Under the pieces are notes generated by a model. The model was not told the origin of the DNA. It worked only from the letters and a program-made list of their open reading frames with translations, and ran no database searches. This document shows, piece after piece, positions 30,846 through 39,332 of a stretch of DNA of 64,000 bases. The stretch comes from an uncultured Candidatus Binatia bacterium. Its GTDB lineage: Bacteria > Desulfobacterota > Binatia > UBA9968 > JAJDTQ01. The stretch covers positions 2,432,001-2,496,000 of the forward strand of contig OZ251459.1 in assembly GCA_965242525.1 (NCBI GenBank). Direction: 5' to 3'. The first letter of the stretch is position 1, and each line of letters opens with the position of its first letter. Both the position numbers and the translations under genes were made by a program.

Positions 30846-32297
30846 ATGTTCGACAAGTTCCACGAAGAATGCGCGGTGGTCGGGGTCCACAACCACGCCG
30901 AAGCCGCGAACATGGTCTATCTGGGGCTCTACGCCCTGCAGCACCGGGGCCAGGAGTCGTCCGGCATCGTGTCCTCCGACGGCCAGGCGCTCATCTCGCA
31001 CCGCCAGATGGGGCTGGTGGCGGACGTCTTCAACGAGGACGTCATCAAGAACCTGCGGGGCGCCGCGGCCATCGGCCACAACCGCTACTCCACCGCGGGG
31101 CAGAGCCACGTCACCAACGCCCAACCCTTCGTGGTGGAGTATGCGGACGGACCCATCGCCGTGTCCCACAACGGCAACCTCATCAACGCCAACCGGCTGC
31201 GGACGGAGCTGGAGGCCGCGGGATCCATCTTCCAATCCACCTCGGACACCGAGGTGATCGTCCATCTCATCGCCACCTCCCGCGAGAAGGCCCTTCCGGC
31301 CCGGGTCATCGACGCGCTCCACCGGGTCCAAGGCGCCTACTCGCTGCTCTTCCTCACCGCCGACGCCATGATCGCCGCCCGGGACCCCGCGGGGTTCCGG
31401 CCCCTGATCCTGGGCCGGTTCCGGTCGTCGAGGGGCAGCGGCCCGGGCGCCCACGTGGTGGCGTCGGAGACCTGCGTGCTCGACCTGATCGAGGCCGAGT
31501 ACGTGAGGGAGGTGGAGCCCGGAGAGGTGCTGGTGTTCGGCCCCCAAGGCATGGAGTCGATCAGGCCCTTTCCGCAAGCGCCCCGGGCCCGCTGCATCTT
31601 CGAGTCCATCTACTTCTCGCGGCCGGACAGCAACGTGTTCGGCTACAGCGTCTATCAGTACCGGAAGGAGCTGGGCCGCCAGCTTGCCCGGGAGAGCCGC
31701 GTGGACGCCGACCTGGTGACGCCGGTGCCGGACTCCGGGGTCCCGGCCGCCATCGGTTACGCCGAGGAGTCGCGCATCCCGCTGGACCTGGCGTTGATCC
31801 GCAACCACTACGTGGGACGCACGTTCATCGAGCCGCAGCAGAACATCCGCAACTTCGGGGTCAAGATCAAGCTCAACGCCATGCGCGAGGTGCTGGAAGG
31901 CAAGCGCGTGGTGGTGGTGGACGACTCCATCGTCCGCGGCACCACCAGCCAGAAGATCATCCGCATGCTGCGCGAGGCCGGGGCCGCGGAAGTCCACCTG
32001 AGGATCAGCTCTCCGCCCACGGTCAGCCCCTGCTACTACGGCATCGACACCCCCACCCACAAGGAGCTCATCGCCTCGGTCAAGTCCCTGGACGGCATCC
32101 GCGAGTTCATCGGCGCGGACTCCCTGGCCTACCTCAGCCGGGAGGGCCTCTACACCTTCTTCGAGGGCGACGACGCCGGCTTCTGCGACGCCTGCTTCAC
32201 AGCCAACTACCCGGTGCTGTCCGACGACGTGGGCAAGACGCCCCAGTTGCACCTGTTCGAGGCGGTTGGCGGCCCGCGCCAAAAAACCGGTCGATAG
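30846..32297 (+). CDS. purF: amidophosphoribosyltransferase
   Basis: FHEECAV, LQHRGQESSGI, HNGNL, PVPDSG, VVDDSIVRGTT. Confidence 0.96.
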   Translation: MFDKFHEECAVVGVHNHAEAANMVYLGLYALQHRGQESSGIVSSDGQALISHRQMGLVADVFNEDVIKNLRGAAAIGHNRYSTAGQSHVTNAQPFVVEYADGPIAVSHNGNLINANRLRTELEAAGSIFQSTSDTEVIVHLIATSREKALPARVIDALHRVQGAYSLLFLTADAMIAARDPAGFRPLILGRFRSSRGSGPGAHVVASETCVLDLIEAEYVREVEPGEVLVFGPQGMESIRPFPQAPRARCIFESIYFSRPDSNVFGYSVYQYRKELGRQLARESRVDADLVTPVPDSGVPAAIGYAEESRIPLDLALIRNHYVGRTFIEPQQNIRNFGVKIKLNAMREVLEGKRVVVVDDSIVRGTTSQKIIRMLREAGAAEVHLRISSPPTVSPCYYGIDTPTHKELIASVKSLDGIREFIGADSLAYLSREGLYTFFEGDDAGFCDACFTANYPVLSDDVGKTPQLHLFEAVGGPRQKTGR

Positions 32298-32329
32298 GGT
32301 ATAATGCAAAACTGCAAAGGGGGCCGTTT

Positions 32330-33229
32330 ATGAATAGAGGAAAGCAAGGCAAGGATGACAAGAATTCGGAAGCTGCATCCGAAGCTGTGAAAGGGGCCGC
32401 GGATGAGATGAACCGATCATTGGACGAGTTGGTCAGGTTTTTTGACATGATATTCGCCCTTCGTAATATAGTGATACTGTATGCAGTGCTGGCTATCATA
32501 GCAATTATAGCTTTTTTCTGGATTTTGTATAAGCTTGGGTATTTTTCAGAGTTGGGCCTCGATTCACCACGTCAAGTTCTTTTCTTGTCGACGGTCGTTC
32601 TAGCGGTGTTTTATGGAGCAGTCTTCACTGCATCTTGCGTCTATAGATTTCAACTACGAAAGCTGTACGAGAAAGAGTATGACCAATACGAGCAGTCCGC
32701 AGGCGGCATACCGAATATATGGGCCACTTGGTTTTTGCCTCTCGCTTCCATTCTTTTGGTACTCGGCGTGCAGGTCTCGTCTATCCAAGACCTAAGCATA
32801 GATGCTCCGGGACAGCTTCGTTACATCTTGGCATTTAATGCGGCTAGATTGGTCATTCTCTTAATGATTGGAATGGAATTGTCCTATTTCGTTCAAAAGC
32901 ATCACGGTATTCATCGATGGTCGGTATTGGTTACGGTATCGCTGCTTCTCGATTTCGTGTCATATATCATCATGATAGTGGGGCTGGAAGAACCGATGTT
33001 TCCCGGGAATAGCAACCAGAGCGGAGAAAACCTGTCGGAGACGAAAGTTGAAAGTAGTAAAGCTCTGTACGTGATGGTGCTGGGCGTTGCGTCGCTTTGC
33101 TCAAGTTATTACACTATAGTGAAGGCTCGGCAGACAGATGAAGTTTTGGGATTCATGCAAAGGAACCTCTCTATTCCTCATTCCCAGGAGGATAAAGGTA
33201 GCGAAAAGAGAAAGCAAGAGGTAGGATAG
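32330..33229 (+). CDS. AT-rich polytopic membrane protein; C-terminus altered by IS insertion
   Basis: Several hydrophobic segments; abrupt composition shift after purF; last ~22 codons derive from the IS5 left end. Confidence 0.75.
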   Translation: MNRGKQGKDDKNSEAASEAVKGAADEMNRSLDELVRFFDMIFALRNIVILYAVLAIIAIIAFFWILYKLGYFSELGLDSPRQVLFLSTVVLAVFYGAVFTASCVYRFQLRKLYEKEYDQYEQSAGGIPNIWATWFLPLASILLVLGVQVSSIQDLSIDAPGQLRYILAFNAARLVILLMIGMELSYFVQKHHGIHRWSVLVTVSLLLDFVSYIIMIVGLEEPMFPGNSNQSGENLSETKVESSKALYVMVLGVASLCSSYYTIVKARQTDEVLGFMQRNLSIPHSQEDKGSEKRKQEVG

Positions 33230-34027
33230 GAGGATTACAGGGAAGTGGAGGCAGAGGGCATGAAACAGCAGACGTTTGGCGCGGTGAATTTCGAGAAGTA
33301 CGGCAAGCAGACGCGGAAGGGGAAGTTCCTGGAGGAGATGAACGCGGTGATCCCGTGGCGGGAGCTTGTGGAGGCGGTAGAGCCGTACTATCCGCAGCCG
33401 CAGGGTGCGGGTCGGCGTCCGGTGGGGATCGAGCGGATGTTGCGGATACACTTTCTGCAGCAATGGTTCAGCCTGTCGGACCCTGGGGTGGAAGAAGCGC
33501 TGTACGATTCGCGAGCCATGCGGGAGTTCGTGGGGGTGGACCTGGGAGAGGAGCGGGCGCCGGATGAGACGACGATCTGCAAGTTTCGGCATATACTGGA
33601 GCGTCATGGATTGGGGAAGCAGCTATTTCGGACGATGAACGAGCATCTGAAGGGGAAGGGGCTGAAGGTATCGACGGGGACGATAGTGGACGCGAGCGGG
33701 CGGAGGTGGAGCATCTGTTTGGAGTGATGAAGCGAGGATTCGGTTTCACCCGGCTGAGGTACAGGAGGTTGTCAAAGAATGAGCACTACCTGTTCATTAC
33801 TTGTGCTTTGGTCAACATGGTGATGGCGAAGAAGGAGTTATTGCGTGCGGCTGCGTAGATATATGGAGAACATCCCTGGAATATGCTTCCAGGGGTGCAA
33901 AACCCCCCGCTCGACACCTTGAACATTGTTTCTACGACTCTCTCCGGCGTCAAAAGATATTCCTGACATTCGTATCAACTGCATTTGGAATGCTTCCATC
34001 TTGATTCCTGAATTGTTCAGAGGTTCC
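33162..34027 (+). mobile_element. IS5-family element with internal deletion
   Basis: Ends GGAACCTCT.. and ..TTGTTCAGAGGTTCC, 4 bp CAAA duplication on both sides, contains transposase remnants. Confidence 0.85.
33260..33858 (+). pseudogene. IS5-family transposase, central DDE region deleted
   Basis: N-terminus (FLEEMNAVIPW, MLRIHFLQQWFSLSD, PDETTICKFRH, GTIVDA) jumps out of frame to the C-terminus (VEHLFGVMKRGFGFTRLRYRRLSKN). Confidence 0.88.
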
Positions 34028-34047
34028 CAAAGTGAAAGGAGGACATA

Positions 34048-34536
34048 ATGGACTCTCTCTTTGGTCGTGTGATAGTGGTGGTGGTCGGAGTGACCATTAC
34101 GGTACTTGTAGTTATTTTGTTAGGTTTATTGTCGGTTCAACAGGAAGAACAGCTAGAAGTCGAGACAAAATTGACACAACGTGTCGAAGAGTTACTAGAA
34201 GAACAGCGCCGTGCTAAGAAGAATGAGGAGAATTTGGAAGAGTCGCTTGAGAAGTTAAAAAGGGCGCGGACGGCCGCGGTTTCGGCATACAAGACGCATC
34301 TAACTGTACTGAAAGGGAAGCTAGGCGACCAGATGATGAGCAAGTCGGATATTGTCCGAAAGATCGAGGTTTTGATCGAAAAGAACAAGAAGTTGCCCGA
34401 CTTGGAAAGAAAACTGTCCGACTTGGAGGGCAGAAATAGGGAACTGAAAAAACGTCTAAAAAATCAAACGGCGATTGCTAGTAGCGCGAAAGACCGTGAG
34501 GGGGTTACAGCAGGTGGCGGTGGGCAAGAACGGTGA
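34048..34536 (+). CDS. membrane-anchored coiled-coil hypothetical protein
   Basis: AGGAGG RBS, N-terminal TM helix, long E/K-rich heptad region. Confidence 0.75.
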   Translation: MDSLFGRVIVVVVGVTITVLVVILLGLLSVQQEEQLEVETKLTQRVEELLEEQRRAKKNEENLEESLEKLKRARTAAVSAYKTHLTVLKGKLGDQMMSKSDIVRKIEVLIEKNKKLPDLERKLSDLEGRNRELKKRLKNQTAIASSAKDREGVTAGGGGQER

Positions 34537-34603
34537 ACAGCGTTTGTCATCATGGATCTGGCGTTCGGGTAATCATGTACCTACAGGCACCTGGTACTCA
34601 ACC

Positions 34604-34816
34604 TTACGCATCTTTCTTCATCGTTGTCCGTACCCAGTGCGCGAGCTCTTCGATGGGGCGCAAGTCATCCAGCTTCTTCGTCAGCTTGAAGGTGATACTT
34701 TGTTCGCCGCGGTTGGTATTCCCGACGTGACGGTATCCTTCCAGCGGCGAGCCCGTCCAGATCGATTCGGGGGAATGGTCCCTGATGACGGCCACCATCA
34801 ACTCGATAGGATTCAA
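34604..34816 (-). pseudogene. short ORF coupled to MTase; possible internally deleted restriction endonuclease
   Basis: TTG overlaps MTase stop; only ~70 aa (..WTGSPLEGYRHVGNTNRGE|QSITFKLTKK..); identity inferred from position. Confidence 0.35.
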
Positions 34817-35601
34817 CTCGACGCTTCCCACAGTCGATCCCGTCCGTTACCCTTCCAGAGCACGAGGAAATAGGAATGGTTCTTCCGGGCATGGACCTGT
34901 TTGACCACGCGGCTGACCCCCGGACGGTTGTTTCGGATCACCACGAACAGGTCTTCGGCGACAAACTTCATGCCGCGGCACATCTCCATGATCTCGACGT
35001 GCGTAAACCGCTGTCGGTTGGCGCAGACTTCGTCCTGGCATTTCACGATGAATACGCCGCGGCTGCGCAAGACCCGGTATGCTTCCCGGGCTGCTTCCCG
35101 ATAAAGCTCCAGCACCGCTTCGTGGTACTTGGCTCCGGTTCGTCCCCGGGTCCGGTTGTTGGCGTAATAGTTCTCGAACGGCGGGTGGGACTGGTGGGCC
35201 GTGCCCCCCGGGGTATGCATGTAAGGAGGATCCAGGACGACACAGTCGATGCTCCCGTCCCCGTAGGGAAGGCTTCGGCAGTCGACGCCGTCCTGGATAT
35301 CGGTTGCACGAAGGTCATACGCATCGGGCGGGACATTGCGCCAGAAGATCTTTCTGCCGTAGGTCACGTCCGCAACGACGCTGCCCGGTTTTACATACAA
35401 CGCCAGAATACGCGGAAATACCTGTTCGTTCCCTTCTTCGTACGCGCTCAGAACCAGTGCGTTCGTCGCGACACCGTTTCGAACGACGCGCTTCGCTCGT
35501 TTCTCCCGCGCCGAGACAGGGGGCGTCCCCAGCCGCGCCGTCTCGGCAACGTCGAACGATATTTCCGCCTGTCCCGTACCGAGGTCACTCCGCTTTGCCA
35601 A
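34813..35601 (-). CDS. amino (N6A/N4C) DNA methyltransferase
   Basis: SAM-binding-like VADVTYG followed by catalytic VLDPPY and YRVLR..GVFIVKCQDE. Confidence 0.8.
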   Translation of the reverse strand: MAKRSDLGTGQAEISFDVAETARLGTPPVSAREKRAKRVVRNGVATNALVLSAYEEGNEQVFPRILALYVKPGSVVADVTYGRKIFWRNVPPDAYDLRATDIQDGVDCRSLPYGDGSIDCVVLDPPYMHTPGGTAHQSHPPFENYYANNRTRGRTGAKYHEAVLELYREAAREAYRVLRSRGVFIVKCQDEVCANRQRFTHVEIMEMCRGMKFVAEDLFVVIRNNRPGVSRVVKQVHARKNHSYFLVLWKGNGRDRLWEASS

Positions 35602-35646
35602 ACCTGTCCTCCGGGAGATTGCAGTTTATGGGAGCCGGCTCTCCTG

Positions 35647-37425
35647 TCAAGGGCCGGTACCGGGTATGCGCTCGCCGCCGTTATCCTTCACGCGGAGGCC
35701 CCGGGTCCCGTCCGGGTCCAGGGTGACGTCCACGCCCTGGGCGCGGACCGCGACGCCGTAGTCGTTGCGGGCCCGGGCCGGGGAGACGTAGCCTTGGCGC
35801 ACGTCTTCCACCACGTCCTCCGGGGGGCGCTCCCGGGGGGCGCCCACGCCGCCGCCGCCCGGCCGTTCCACCCGCAGCACGTCTCCGCTTCGGAGGCGGC
35901 GGTCGCCGAAACGGGAGGGCAGCGTCTGCTCGTCCTCCCCGCCCGGGTTGACGACACAGGCGCCGGTGGCCCCGGGCCGGCCGCCATCGATGCCCTGGGG
36001 GGCGAGGGCGTGCTTGTCGGTCCTCATGGAGAAGCGCACCTCGTCCTGCAGGATGCGGTACTCGCGAACGAAGCCCAAGCCGCCGCGGTGGCGTCCGGGG
36101 CCGCCCGAGTCGCACAACAGCTCGAACCGCTCCAACCGGGCGGGGAACTCCGATTCGATGATCTCCACCGGGGCGATCTTGCCGTTGCTCAAGTGGAACG
36201 AGGTGGCGGACGCGCCGTCCCTGCCGTTCCTTCCGCCCACCCCGCCGGCGAAGATCTCGTACTGGACGTAGCTGCGCCTGCCGTCCCCGGCCCGGCCGCC
36301 CAGGGCGATGGCGCCGCTGCCCGAGCCCTCGGCGATGGTCCTGTCCGGGACCACCTCGCTCATGGCCCGGAGCACGGCCTCGGCAACCACCAGCGCGGTG
36401 GGCATGTAGGCGTTCACCGCCGCGGGATAGTCGGGGCACACCACCGTGCCCCGGCGGAACCGGGTCTCCACCACCCGGGCCAACCCCCGGTTGACGGGCA
36501 GGAAGGGATCCACCAGGGCCATGAGGCAGTAGTAGCAGCACGCCCGCACCAAGGGCGGCCGGATGTTGGCCGGTCCGGCGGTCTGGGGGCTGCATTCGGA
36601 GAAGTCGAACCGGATGCGCTCGCCGCTCTTCTCCACGGTGACGCGGATGCGCACGGGCTCGCGGAGGTGGATGCCGTCGTTGTCCACGCACGCCTCTCCC
36701 CGGTAGCGGCCGTCCGGCCACGAGGCGATGACCTGCCGCAGCCGGCGCTCGGTCTGGCGTGCGAGCTCATCGGTGGCGGCCGCTACCGTCTCCCTGCCGT
36801 ACTTGTCCAGCAGCTCGGCCAGCCGTCGTTCCCCCAGCCGGTTGGCGCCCACTTGGCCGCGGATGTCCCCCACCACCAGCTCCGGCGTGCGGCTGTTGGC
36901 GTGGATGAGCCATTCGAGCTCGCGCACGGGTCGGCCCGCGTCCATGAACTTCACCGGGGGCAGGTGCAGCCCTTCCTGGAAGATCTCCCGGGCCGTGCCC
37001 GAGCCGCTGCCGGGAACGGCGCCGCCGATGTCGGTCTTGTGCGCCATGCTGGCGCAGAACCCCACCCACGCGCCCCGGTGGAACACGGGGGTGAGCACGC
37101 CCATGTCCGGGGCGTGGGGGCTGCCGCCCCGGTAGGGGTGGTTGACGATGAATGCGTCGCCCTCGCGGAGGTCGACCGCGGGGAAACGCTCCAGCAGGGC
37201 TTCCGCACAGGCGGGAAACGCCCCCATGTGGAGCGGCAGCACCACATGCTGGGCGATGACTTCGCCCCGGGTGTCGAGGAGGGCGCAACTCGCGTCGTGG
37301 GATTCCCGGATGATGGTGGAGAAGCCCGTGCGGAAGAGCGATGTCTGCATCTCCTGCACGATACCGTCCAGCGCGGCGCGAAGGACCTGGACCGTGATGG
37401 GGTCCGCGGCGCGGTTCGCCGACAC
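35647..37425 (-). CDS. hydantoinase B / oxoprolinase family protein
   Basis: DPITVQV, RTGFSTIIRESHDASC, NHPYRGGSPHAPD, HKTDIGG, DSGGPGRHRGGLG. Confidence 0.93.
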   Translation of the reverse strand: MSANRAADPITVQVLRAALDGIVQEMQTSLFRTGFSTIIRESHDASCALLDTRGEVIAQHVVLPLHMGAFPACAEALLERFPAVDLREGDAFIVNHPYRGGSPHAPDMGVLTPVFHRGAWVGFCASMAHKTDIGGAVPGSGSGTAREIFQEGLHLPPVKFMDAGRPVRELEWLIHANSRTPELVVGDIRGQVGANRLGERRLAELLDKYGRETVAAATDELARQTERRLRQVIASWPDGRYRGEACVDNDGIHLREPVRIRVTVEKSGERIRFDFSECSPQTAGPANIRPPLVRACCYYCLMALVDPFLPVNRGLARVVETRFRRGTVVCPDYPAAVNAYMPTALVVAEAVLRAMSEVVPDRTIAEGSGSGAIALGGRAGDGRRSYVQYEIFAGGVGGRNGRDGASATSFHLSNGKIAPVEIIESEFPARLERFELLCDSGGPGRHRGGLGFVREYRILQDEVRFSMRTDKHALAPQGIDGGRPGATGACVVNPGGEDEQTLPSRFGDRRLRSGDVLRVERPGGGGVGAPRERPPEDVVEDVRQGYVSPARARNDYGVAVRAQGVDVTLDPDGTRGLRVKDNGGERIPGTGP

Positions 37426-37429
37426 GGGT

Positions 37430-39253
37430 TCACGCCCCCGCCTGGCGCCCGTCCGCGGAGGAGGGTTCCGAGGGTCCCGCGGTCCGGGCGCGCTCCCGGC
37501 GCGCGGCCGCGGTCCGCGCCGGGTCCAGCACGAACCCGCCCCGGGTCTCCCGCACCGCCACGCCATAGACCTCCAGGGCCCTTTCCCCGGACACGTAGCC
37601 GTTCTCCACGTCCCTCAGCACCGCTTCCGGGTCCCGTTCCAGGGGTTCCCCGAGGCCGCCTCCCCCGGGGGTCTCCAGCCGGAACACGTCCCCGGCGCGC
37701 ACCGCTATGTCGGAGCAGCGGGAGGGGATCTCCCGGGCCTCCGGCGAACCGGGGTTGAGTATCCCCTTGCCGGTGCGCCCGCTGGCGCCGCCTTCGACCC
37801 CCTTGGGCGCCACCACGTGCTTGGTGGAGCGGAGCGAGAACCGCGTCTCCGGGTTCAGGAACTCGTACTCCCTGACGAACCCCAGGCCGCCGCGGAACCT
37901 GCCGGCGCCGCCCGAGTCCGGCACGAGTTCGAAGCGCCGGAGCCGGGTGGAGAACTCCGACTCGATGATCTCGATGGGCGCGATGCGGGCGTTGGACTGG
38001 TTCACGTTGGTGCCGGAGACCCCGTCCTTGCCGGAGCGGGCGCCGGAGCCGCCGCCGAAGATCTCGTACTGGACGTAGCTCCGTCCGGTCCTGGGGTTCC
38101 TTCCGCCGATGATGATGGAGCGGCTGGCGCAGCCGTCGGCGACCTTCTTGACCGGCGTGAGCTGGCTCAGGGCCTCGAACAGGGCCTCCACCAGCGCGTG
38201 CACCGTGGGGTTGTAGGTGTTCACCGGCGCCGGGAAGTGCGGGTTGAGCACGCTTCCCGGAGGACAGTCGATCTCCACCACCCGGGCGAGCCCCTGGTTG
38301 GTGGGCAGGGCGGGGTCGGTGAGCGCGGTGAGGCAGTACGAACACGCGGCCCGCACCACCGAGGGGCGGATGTTGGCCGGCCCCCGGGTCTGGTCCGCGC
38401 TCCCGGTGAAGTCGAACCGCAGCCGGTCGCCCTGCTTGTGGATGCGCACCCGGATGCGCACGGGCTTGTCCAGGTCCACCCCGTCGCTGTCCAGGAAGCG
38501 TTCCCCCTCCACGCTCCGATCCGGCCAGCCGGCCACCTCGTTGCGCACCCGCTCTTCGGTCAGGTCGAAGAGCCGCCGGTAGGAGGCCAGCACCGTCTCG
38601 CGCCCGTACCTGGCCATCATCTCGCCGAAGCGCCGTTCCCCCAGGCGGGCCGCTCCCACCTGCCCGCGGATGTCCCCCACCACCAGTTCCGGGGTGCGGC
38701 TGTTGGCGGCGATGATCTCCTCGATGTCCCGGTTCGGCTCGAAACGGTGGACGTACCTCACCGGCGGCACCTGGAGCCCTTCCTGATAGACCTCCCGCGC
38801 CTGGCTCCAGCAGCTCCCCGGGACCGGCCCGCCGATGTCGCTCTTGTGGGCCATGGTGGCCGCGAACCCTACCCACGCGCCGTCGAAGAAGATCGGCGTG
38901 AGCACGCCCATGTCCGGGGCGTGGGGGCTGCCGCCGAGGTAGGGATGGTTGGTGAGGAACGCGTCCCCTTCGCGGATCTCCCCGGGCGGATAGTTCCGCA
39001 GCACCCCCTGGGCGCACGCCGGGAAAGCGCCCATATGGAGCGGCAGCACCACGTGCTGCGCCGCCACCTCGCCGTCGCAGGTGAGCAGGGCGCAACTGGC
39101 GTCCTGGGATTCCCGGATGATGGTGGAGAAGCCGGTGCGGAAGAGCGAGTTCTGCATCTCCTGCACGATGCCCGCCAACCGCGCCTGGACCACCTGCAAG
39201 GTGATGGGATCGACGGAGTTTGCGCTTGCCGCGCCGGGTTCCGGATGAGCCAT
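37430..39253 (-). CDS. hydantoinase B / oxoprolinase family protein (paralogue)
   Basis: Same motif set: DPITLQV, HKSDIGG, DSGGAGRFRGGLG, TPGGGGLG. Confidence 0.93.
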   Translation of the reverse strand: MAHPEPGAASANSVDPITLQVVQARLAGIVQEMQNSLFRTGFSTIIRESQDASCALLTCDGEVAAQHVVLPLHMGAFPACAQGVLRNYPPGEIREGDAFLTNHPYLGGSPHAPDMGVLTPIFFDGAWVGFAATMAHKSDIGGPVPGSCWSQAREVYQEGLQVPPVRYVHRFEPNRDIEEIIAANSRTPELVVGDIRGQVGAARLGERRFGEMMARYGRETVLASYRRLFDLTEERVRNEVAGWPDRSVEGERFLDSDGVDLDKPVRIRVRIHKQGDRLRFDFTGSADQTRGPANIRPSVVRAACSYCLTALTDPALPTNQGLARVVEIDCPPGSVLNPHFPAPVNTYNPTVHALVEALFEALSQLTPVKKVADGCASRSIIIGGRNPRTGRSYVQYEIFGGGSGARSGKDGVSGTNVNQSNARIAPIEIIESEFSTRLRRFELVPDSGGAGRFRGGLGFVREYEFLNPETRFSLRSTKHVVAPKGVEGGASGRTGKGILNPGSPEAREIPSRCSDIAVRAGDVFRLETPGGGGLGEPLERDPEAVLRDVENGYVSGERALEVYGVAVRETRGGFVLDPARTAAARRERARTAGPSEPSSADGRQAGA

Positions 39254-39332
39254 GGTTCCTTCCGGCAGGCTCCTGGCCTGCTTTGCCCGCGCCGGGGCCG
39301 CGGTCCCGGGGGACGCGCCCCGGCCCCGGCCG

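Noticed and set aside
30869-33229. 786 aa ORF as one protein
   Set aside because: The first ~490 codons are an off-frame shadow of purF; the real gene starts at 32330.
33680-33730. Programmed frameshift in the IS5 transposase
   Set aside because: The element is only 866 bp and the central DDE region is missing, so this is a deletion rather than a slippery-site frameshift.
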